A DNA stretch of 64,000 nt from Rebecca billardiae RCC1528. Its lineage: Eukaryota; Protista; Haptophyta. This document shows, in pieces, positions 54,998 through 64,000 of this stretch. The notes under the pieces were generated by a model, which worked only from the letters and a program-made list of their open reading frames with translations, searched no databases and was not told the origin of the DNA. Location of the stretch: positions 868,001 to 932,000 of the forward strand of contig OZ251245.1 of the NCBI GenBank assembly GCA_965240325.2, written 5' to 3'. How positions within the stretch are numbered: the stretch's first letter is position 1; every line of letters starts with the position of its first letter. Position numbers and translations under genes: made by a program.

Positions 54998-57042
54998 CAC
55001 AGTAAAGAAATCGATTTTCGGCGTTACCGTAACCCGTCCGCACTTCCGCCCAGTGGGGATGCGCTGGAATTTTTTTCATGCCCCGTTCGCGGCACTTCGC
55101 GCCGCGCACAGTGGAGAAAGATCGGGCCGGAAGCCGTTTGAGCATGGTCGGTCGCGCGCACGCCCATTCGAATCGATGGCGCGCTCCGAGCGGCGGGCGT
55201 GCGCGCATGACTGCCGCGAGGGGGGCGGCGAGGCGTCGGCCGGCTTGCCAAGGCGGTTCCCTGGGGCGGCGTCACCCTCCCCCGCCCCTCCTCGCCCACC
55301 CTCGCTCCACGGGCGGCCACACGTGACCTGTTCAGATGACTTCACGGGGGCCGCGCGGCACGCGCGCGGAGAGGCGAGGAAGTGGTGTTTCGCGGAAAAA
55401 CGCAACGTCGCATTGTGCTCAACTCATGTGGGCACCCGCTCCACAAGTTTGTACGCCGCCAAACCGCACACAGCGGCCTGAGCAGCTCCCAGACTGACTT
55501 TCGCTCTTGAAGCCTGTTTTTGGGCCAGATCTTGGTGTGGATGTAGCGCGGCGAGGAGGCGCCGGGCGCGCGCCCGAGCTGCGTGCTGCCACTCGCCATG
55601 ACCCATAGACATCGTCCGTCGCGAACGACCCGGCTCGCCTCGACCTCTCCGACTCGCCGGGCAGCCACGACCGAGCGCGCAGCCAACGGTGTCCAAACAG
55701 AGGCTTCTCAGACCGCGTGGGATGGGCATAGGCGCGAGAGAGGGCGCCCAGCGCGCTCTTGAGATGCACAGGAGCACGCACTGATGCGTATGGAACCATC
55801 CCATCACGATCGCCCCGACCTGGCGCGCCCTATCTGGCCCGTCAGGCTGCCCGCGCCGCCGCCGCCGGGCCGCGCCGCCGCCACGCCGCCGCCGCACCGC
55901 GGGCACGCGGGTAAGTCTGTATTCAACAAATACAGAATTTCCGGTGCGGCCCTCTTTTGGGCGGCAAGGTCGGTCTGGTCGACACCTGCCGCGCGGCATG
56001 GGCCACGGCGCGGCGAGGTGGCGGCTGGCGCACCGCGGCGTGGGCGGGATGGCTCGAGGACACCACCGCCCCGCCTCCCACGCCGCGCCGTGCGCGTGCG
56101 CCGTGCTCTCGTCGCGTACCGATTTTCCTGCGGCGAGCGACGTCCAACAGCGCGACCATGCCATCGCGCGACGAGGTGCGTTCAGCTCGGCGATTTGTCG
56201 TATTTGTTGAATACATGCGGGTACGAATCGGCCGCAAGATGGCCTCGACGTACACGTCGAGAGCCACGCGCGCGGTGTGGAGTGGCACGCGACGCGGAGA
56301 GGGCGGGTGCGGTGCCGCGGGCGCGCGACTGGTCTAGAACATCCCAATGAAGCGCGGGACGGCGCTGCGCGCCTGTGCTCGCCGCCGTCTCCTCGCAGTC
56401 GAAAATATCTGTGCACCCTTCTGTCTGGCTAGTCGACCGGCCGGCACGCGGCACGCGAGCAGTGTGTGTGGGGAGGAGTGTGACATGGCAGGCTGTGGCG
56501 AGGTGGATGGCCGTGCAGGTCTACGCTAGGAAGGGCCGCTCCCGCGCTCGCGCGGTGCCTCGCGCACGCATCGTCGAGGACGAGCGTGTTTGAATGGCTC
56601 CGCGGAGAAGGCTTACGATCGCTCGTTGATGGGCAGCGCGCGACACGTGCACACGACGAAGGTGACGACCAGGCACTCCGGCGAGGGCGGCTGTGCTGGT
56701 AGCCGACTGCATTCGGAGTAAGATGCGCCATCTTACGCGCCGCTTCGCCTCGCTGCATCGCCGCACTGAGCAGCAGGGCTCCACGCTCACGAATGGCTCA
56801 CCACGAGCCGTACGTGACCGGCCAGCCGCGTGCAACCCGGCGAGGCAGAGCCAGAGAGGGGCGGAGGGATGGGGAGGCTGGGTGGGATGTTGCAGTCCCA
56901 TGCCCGGGGCACTCGCCAGGCGCCTGCGCGACCACCGTAGCGCCGTCTGTGCGCTCGTGCGGCCCGCGCGAGAAATTCCCCGAAAATCGGCTCGTGTCGG
57001 ACGGGTTACGGTAACGATAATCCCGTTTTTGTTGGCACTGTG
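54998..57042. mobile_element. Non-autonomous CMC/EnSpm-like element (CACAGT...ACTGTG, 2-bp AA TSD)
   Basis: Termini CACAGT/ACTGTG plus a subterminal inverted 19-mer CGTTACCGTAACCCGTCCG. AA on both sides. Confidence 0.75.
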
Positions 57043-57193
57043 AATGTCGTATGTACTATGTAGTACATGCTGCCGTATCGGGCATACTATCGCATAGTAT
57101 ATATTAACGACGTGGTATGCAACGGGCAGGCGTCAGAGTCAGCAAGCTGTAGCGGCAGATCGAGCAGCAGAGACAAACACCAGGATCAGCGCT

Positions 57194-60100
57194 GATTAAA
57201 CTTTCTTCAGGAATGCGCACCAGAAAAAGCCTTAAGAATCCGCGCGGCCCAAGATGGGGTCGGCGGCCACGACGGCGGTTATGCGCCCTCGCGCGCGGCT
57301 TCGAGCGGCTCGTGCGCGCCATGAAGTGCGCCAAACCATGCTCGCGACATGCTCGTTCGTCGACGCTGTTCGTTGGACGATCGCATGCCAGCCCACGCCA
57401 ACGTCTGAGTGCGCCTCGCCGCGCACGGTACAGCTTTACGGTACACGGCACAATTCGGCCGCGAGCAGCCTCGTGCGCGCGACCGAGCCAGAGGTGGTCG
57501 CCGAGAGTAGCACGAGTGGCGGCACACGCGCGGGCCTGATCGTTGCCGAATATCTGACGCACCAATCGACCTCGCCCAGCGCCATCTGCTCGTTTGCGCA
57601 CGTGTCGGAAAGAATTGAGCAGCTGCCTGCAAACGCCGAGCGCGCAGATGAGGCGTGGGCGAGCGAAGGGGCGGCGAGGGCCGGCGCGTGCGCGCGCGTA
57701 AATTCGAGCCTCCCCATACGCATCGAAACACACCACGCTCGCTCGTCGAGCTGCGCACGGGTATCGGTGCGCGCGCGCCAACGCGGCGCGCCGTGCTCGC
57801 GCCCGGCAGCTGCAAACCTGCTCGCGCGCGCACGCGTGCGTGATGGACCGAGGAGGTCGCGCGAGCATGCGCGATGTGTCTGGATGGAGCGTGTAGGAGG
57901 TGTAGGCTGCGCTCCGCACGCGCTCCGCCACCGTGCACCGCGCTGCCCCTCGCCCACGCGGTCGCCGCCGAGCCCAGATTCAAACGAGTGCGAGCGCTCG
58001 AGCACACCTCCGAGCAGCAGTCGCAGCTATCGTGTCGAAGGCGTGGCGAGAGGCAGATGTGCATGGCAATTAGCGCCATGGTGGTGCCCATCACGCGCAC
58101 ACACTCGCGCACGCTCGCTACACCATGCACCTCGTCGCGCCCACGTGCAGCGCGCGGGGCGCGCTTCGCGCCCGGAGCAGCTGCCGAGCGGCTGCTGCGC
58201 GCGGCGCGCGCGGCGAGTAGGGCTCAGCCAATGGTCCGAGGGCGAGCCTGCCGAGCGTCGTGCGTGGCGCGCGCGGACCTAGTACAACGCCGCGTACCAC
58301 TCGCTGCCACCATAGGGCCCGTACCGGCGAGCTGTGGCCGCCGCAGACACCAAAATGCAGCCCAACGGTCAGCGCGCGACAGCCGACGAGCGCGTGACGC
58401 GCGCGTCCACCACCGTGATGAGCACGGACGAGCGCGCGCGCCCGTGTCGTAGCTCAGATGAGGTCCCCCGATCGCACGCACCACCGCGCTGCCACGCCTT
58501 CGATGACCATCTTGTGTCACCATGTGGCCGCTCGCCGCTCGCGCCGAGCGGCTGGCGGCGCAGCTGCACGACCGGCAAACAGTCAGCGCACAGCAAGGGT
58601 GGAGTCCGGCGAGGGTCGGCCGGACTGTCCGGCGCCACCAAGGTGGGCCACGCGGTGGTCACCGGCGCGCTCGTCACCACGCTCGAGGCCATGGAGGCCG
58701 CCCACGAGCAGAAATGCTCACTGCATCTGCCTGTGCAGTGCCTTTGCAGTGCTCCTGTGCGCGCGCGCGCAGCGCCAACGAGCGAAAGCGTTTGCCGTGA
58801 CCTAGTCCGGGGCTCAAGGGTACCACCATCAAAGAATGGAATGCGCGCAAAGGTCACGGCAAACAAATTTTGTGTCGCCCGTGCCGCGCGCGCGCAAGCA
58901 CGGCCAATGCGGCGAGCTGCAACATCTGCTGCAGATCGTAGGGGGTCCAGGCCCTCAGCCTAGCGGTTGGGGATATTCGACAGGCCTGCCATGTAGGTGT
59001 CTGTCGAGGCTGTCGCCTGTTGAAGTGCCCTCTAGTATGCCCCCCAGCCCAGCCCAGCCGTCAGAAGCACTCAAAACCGACTCCGCGTGCCGTCGCGCCG
59101 TCGTGCGGGCGCGCTGCCGGCCACTTAGTGTCACATAGAGATTCAGCGAAGTGGTACCCACCCGTGATGGCGGCTAGATGACGGAATGCGGTCGGTAGTA
59201 CTTATTGACAACCGTTGCCACTCAGTCGAATGAATTTATGATGCAGCGACTGAATATTTGGCGCACCATGCTGGGCGCGTAGAAATTCAGGAGAAACAGC
59301 AGCAAGATCGAGCATGTTACCCATTTATATACAGGTAGGTACCCGTAACTATGAGCATGTGTGTACCCGTACATAATAACGGTCGATGCGAGTCCATATG
59401 TATTCAAATCAATGTCTATATATGTGGGTACGTTCGAATATACGGGCGCCGGAGATGAATATGCGGGCTCGGTCGCAACACTCGACTCAGCCGGCACCGG
59501 CGCCGCGTCGCCAGTCGTCCTACCCCAGCCCATGAGCCCATGCGAGGCCACCACCGGTCTACGATTACCGCGGCTGCAGCGCCCAGCCACCGAGGCGGCC
59601 TCCGGCTCCGGCTCGGCGAGCTGCTCGGCGGCGAGCTTCGCGCTCTCTGACTCTGCTGCCACGCCCGCCGTGCTACACGCCTTGACCATAGTGCGGTCCG
59701 CGCGCTGCTCCGCTGTGATCGCCGCCAGATCCTCACGCCGCGCCTTGGCCTCGGATGTGCCTGCGCGGCTGTTGGCGGCCGTGATGGCGCCGGCGGGCTC
59801 GGCGTCGCGCGCCTGCTCCGCGGTGAGCGTGACGTCCGTGCGCGTTCTTTGCTTCGCACATCCGTGCTGCAGCCCCACTATCCAGGCGTGCGCCTCGGCC
59901 GTGCACAGAGAACAGGCAGGGCCAAGGAAGCGGCCACTCGAGGCGGAACGCGAGAGATTCAAACCAGTAGTGCACCACCTTCTTGTTCAACAGGCCATCC
60001 TTGCCGAGCTGGGTCCATCCTGAGCGCCGTGGCGTTCTCGTGTGCCTTGAGTTGTTGCCAGAGCGCGCGGACATCGCCCAGCGAGAGGAGGTTGATGCGC

Positions 60101-61001
60101 TCGCGCAGCCGGCACCGGTAAGAAACTAGCGGCAGGCATCGTGATGATTACATTCAGCGTCTCGGCGTCGGAGAGAGGCGGCACACGCGACGGCGCGCGC
60201 TCGCCAACGCCTGCATGAGTGAATGCGGCAGTGGAAAGCATGCGTGCGGGAGTACCGCGGGGCCATCAGGGGGGCAGGTACGTGCGCAGGAACGCTACAC
60301 ATGGAAGGAGTATGTGTTGGGGACCGCGTATGCGCACCGTATGCGTGCGCGGCGCGCGCGCATCACCTGCAAGGGGAGCACCCTCCTCCATCTCGAGCGC
60401 ATGAGCCAGCTTGAACGCACTGGCACGCGTGCAACCTCGCGGTTTCAATGTCCGACGCCGGCGACCGATATGTCCGGGGACTTCATGGTGGTCACGTAGA
60501 CTCGCTCGATCGGGCGCTCTCGACGCTCGTACGCGCTCTGTCGCGCCGAGGCGACGGTGGTGGTGACCGTCCAGTCGTGCATCTCCGTCGCCGCCAGCCC
60601 ACTGAACAGCCCGACCCGGCAGCTCGCCGCGTACGCTCGCGGCGCTCGAATTTATATGGCGAAACTCGCGCTCACTCCACTTGAAAACCCGTCGAGGCAT
60701 TTTTTCGATTTTATTTTGGTGTGCTGGACCCCCTACAGATCGGCTCGTGCTCGACGAGGGCGGCGAGGAGACGGGTGCGCGCTCGCGAGCGAGCGTACCT
60801 GAGAGTGGTATCGGCATCCGATCAGGAAGAGCGGGTCGATCTGCCCGCAGCTCGTCGCACGATCGCGAGAGCGCACGTGCGGTCGACGAGGAAGAAGGCC
60901 CGCATCGTGGCGTTTCCGCCAGTGGCGGGCCGGCTCGAGATTTGACGGCGAAACTCCAGCGGATTCTTAAGGCTTTTTCTGGTGCGCATTCCTGAAGAAA
61001 G

Positions 61002-61007
<6 letters not shown>
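57194..61007. mobile_element. Non-autonomous TIR element family X, copy 2, interrupted by a nested element
   Basis: Perfect 48-bp TIR TTAAACTTTCTTCAGGAATGCGCACCAGAAAAAGCCTTAAGAATCCGC. Collinear with copy 1. Confidence 0.88.
58939..60735. mobile_element. Nested hAT-like TIR element (TAGGGGGTCCAG; TSD CAGATCG)
   Basis: TIRs at both ends. CAGATCG duplicated at 58932-38 and 60736-42. The empty site is present in copy 1 at about 54422. Confidence 0.88.

Positions 61008-61054
<47 letters not shown>
61007..61054. repeat. (TA)n microsatellite
   Basis: Pure TA tract. Confidence 0.97.
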
Positions 61055-61575
<521 letters not shown>

Positions 61576-62619
61576 GTTGGCGCTGCGCGTCAACTTGGGC
61601 TGGAAACCTGTTTCTGAAACGCATGATGGCACGCCGGGCCGGTAGCCCGAGCTCGGAATTCCGACGCTGCCAACGGCGCCACAGGGGCGCAGCGGCGGGG
61701 CTGACGACGCGCGCGCGTGTGCACGTCTGACCACGGAGTGCGCGCTGCAATGACTGGCCCGTCCGCAGCACCACGCCCCGCGCTGTGAGTGAGAGTGTGG
61801 CCCGCGCCCAAGCGAGAACGCGGGCCGGGCGGCACTCCGCCGACCTCGCCGGCCGCCGACCAGCCCGCGGCCGCCTGCTGCAGCTCGTGGAACACGCAGT
61901 CGCGCGCTCGCGCGTGGAGGGCGGACCTGCGCGTATGCGCCCGCCGGGCTTGCCGCTTCATCCGCTGGCACCGCAGTGCAGGTCGAGCCGTCCGCCGCCC
62001 ACCGAGCCGGCGCCACGCCTCGCGCTCGTGCTCGAGCTGAGGCGGCGGCGTGTCGCCCGAGCCGGCGGGGTCGCGCGCGTGCGCGTGGTGGGCAGCCTCG
62101 CGCGTGCGCCCGCCGCGCGCCCCGCGTCTCTCGCTTGGCGCCGCACGCGAGCCGCTCGTCGCGCGACCGAACGAGACGTCAATCGCAAGGGCGACCCTTG
62201 GAATGGCGTGGGCTCTCGGCCTTGTCGTCCTTCGCGGGACGTCGTCGACGCGAGGCCGCGCGAGGTTGCTCCGATGCTCGTAGTCCAATGCAAGATGATA
62301 CCCGCGTGCCAATATCAGCGCGCCCCTCTGCTCGTGAAATGTCCAGCGAGAAAGTGACGGATCGTGTGAATGTGAAGTGTGAACTCGCGACACGACGAAT
62401 GGGCCGATGCGATTCGCGCGAATGTGAGTACGCAAAACGCCGAACGACGAGCGGCTTTTGTCCTATCGAGCGCGTAAGTGGGTACGCGAATTCCGCTTAT
62501 GCGGCTTATGTGACCCGGCGACAAACAGACTGGGCCGGTGGGGAGGGGGGCGTCAAAAAAAGGGGTGCGACGGGCTGGTCCCCAGCGTGAAGTCGTGCCT
62601 TTGTTCTCGTGGGTTTCCA

Positions 62620-62621
<2 letters not shown>

Positions 62622-62685
<64 letters not shown>

Positions 62686-62689
62686 GATA

Positions 62690-62765
<76 letters not shown>
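62622..62765. repeat. Interrupted (TA)n microsatellite
   Basis: Two TA tracts separated by CTGATATCTG. Confidence 0.97.
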
Positions 62766-62768
<3 letters not shown>

Positions 62769-64000
62769 AGTGGCACCGGAAGGGACGATGTTGCGGATAA
62801 GCCTTTTCGTCGCCCCGGCGCTCCCCCAGTGGGAAAAAGGATTTTCCGTGGTTTTCACGATGGCTGCCGAACCACCTGGCCTCGGCCGGCGGACGCCTCT
62901 CGAACGGACTTCGCTGGCTCGCGCGAAGTCGCCGTCGACGGTGTGGTGCGAGTCGCGCGACGGCCCGTGCGCGATGAGGAGTGCGCCGCGCGCCGTGCGC
63001 GCTTACCACAAGCCCCGCCCCTGCACCTCGCCCAAATCGCCCGCGCAGAGTGCCACCTCTCTCGACTCGCTCAGGTCACATGCCCGCCTCGGGCACGGAC
63101 GGGCGTGCTCAAACACGGTGTACGACTTTGGGCAGGCGGGGCTCGTGAACCTAATAAGTCATTGTCGGGCGCCGCGCGGCGTGGTGGGCGGGATGGGCGT
63201 GGTATACACGGATCACGCCGGGCCGACACGGGTTGCGCTTTTCTCATTGTGTGAGCTGGCCACGATGCCCGGCGGCACGTCCTCGGTCGTGCCCGCTGGC
63301 AGCTGCTCCCGCGACCCGCGCGCACAGCTGCGTGTGATTCATCGCGCGGACACCTGCGCGATCGCGTGTCTGGCGCATGCCTACACCAGTGGGTCTCTCT
63401 GCAGGGCCGTTGCGTTCCGGTACGGTCACCCGCTGGCGCAGCAGGGCCGCTTTTCAGGTGTCGATGGCTCCGATCGGCACGGCGCGAGCGACTCTCCACG
63501 ACTTTGGGCAGCCCTTGCCGACGAAGCCAATACGAGTGTACCTGACCGCGCGCGCGCTGATGATAGCGGGTGTGATGCTGCACGGCGTCGCAGCGGGCTG
63601 CCACGCCTGGAGCATCCTGCGGCACGTTCCAACCGGATGCGCGCGCTGCGGCATGCGCTCACGTGTGCGCGAGCACGCCCACCACACCTGCCTGCGCGAC
63701 GCGCGCGCAGGCGATACCGATGCTTCCAGTGGGCAAGGGGGCGATCGTGTGGACGCGGCAAGATGTCTGTGCCTACGAGCCTCTCGTGGCGCCCACGATA
63801 CATCCGTTTGGCAGACCGTCGAGCAGCAGTGTGATCGCAGCAGGTGCTTTGCGTTTGCTCGGTGACGACGCAGTACGACCGCCAATCTGAGCTCAAGCAC
63901 TGCTGTGGTCGACGAGCTGCGCGGCGAAGCGTGCGCGCGAGCCACGCGTGTGCTTGCATTGGCCTGTGACTCAACGACTTCGAGCGGGTGGCTTGGAACG
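62766..64000. mobile_element. Probable left end of another CACAGTG-terminated element
   Basis: CACAGTG directly after (TA)n, and a subterminal CCCAGTGGG as in 54998-57042. The other end is not seen. Confidence 0.4.

Noticed and set aside
62770-63834. 354-aa ORF as a transposase
   Set aside because: No DDE or other motif recognised; it begins inside a putative TIR.

Overview
High-GC eukaryotic nuclear DNA. It has spliceosomal introns with GTGCGC donors and GCAG acceptors. Composition, gene density and intron style resemble a haptophyte microalga such as Pavlovales/Diacronema (inference). Housekeeping genes occupy 1-11.5 kb and 27.7-43.2 kb: LCAT-like acyltransferase (absent from the ORF track), ankyrin protein, SF3B5, MRS2, SNW1/SKIP, FHIT, an SDR, ALG8, an SNM1/PSO2 nuclease fused to BRCT-SWIM-RING, a double-hotdog/START thioesterase, RCE1 and GT25-like genes. 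The rest is rich in non-autonomous DNA transposons, two long foldback inverted repeats, a deleted pogo element and a nested TE cluster anchored on (TA)n tracts. The most striking locus is a spliced receptor-like gene at 15969-20308. Eleven LRRs are each encoded by one symmetric phase-2 exon (72 nt; one is 75 nt) inside near-identical, mosaic exon+intron units. Variation is concentrated at the predicted ligand-facing residues around the splice junction. This is a candidate exon-cassette diversification system for a surface recognition receptor. A second surface protein (46834-50566) has bacterial RTX-type Ca-binding repeats, introns and a TM anchor, and shares a juxtamembrane motif with the LRR protein. 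All annotations were read by eye; no database searches were run.
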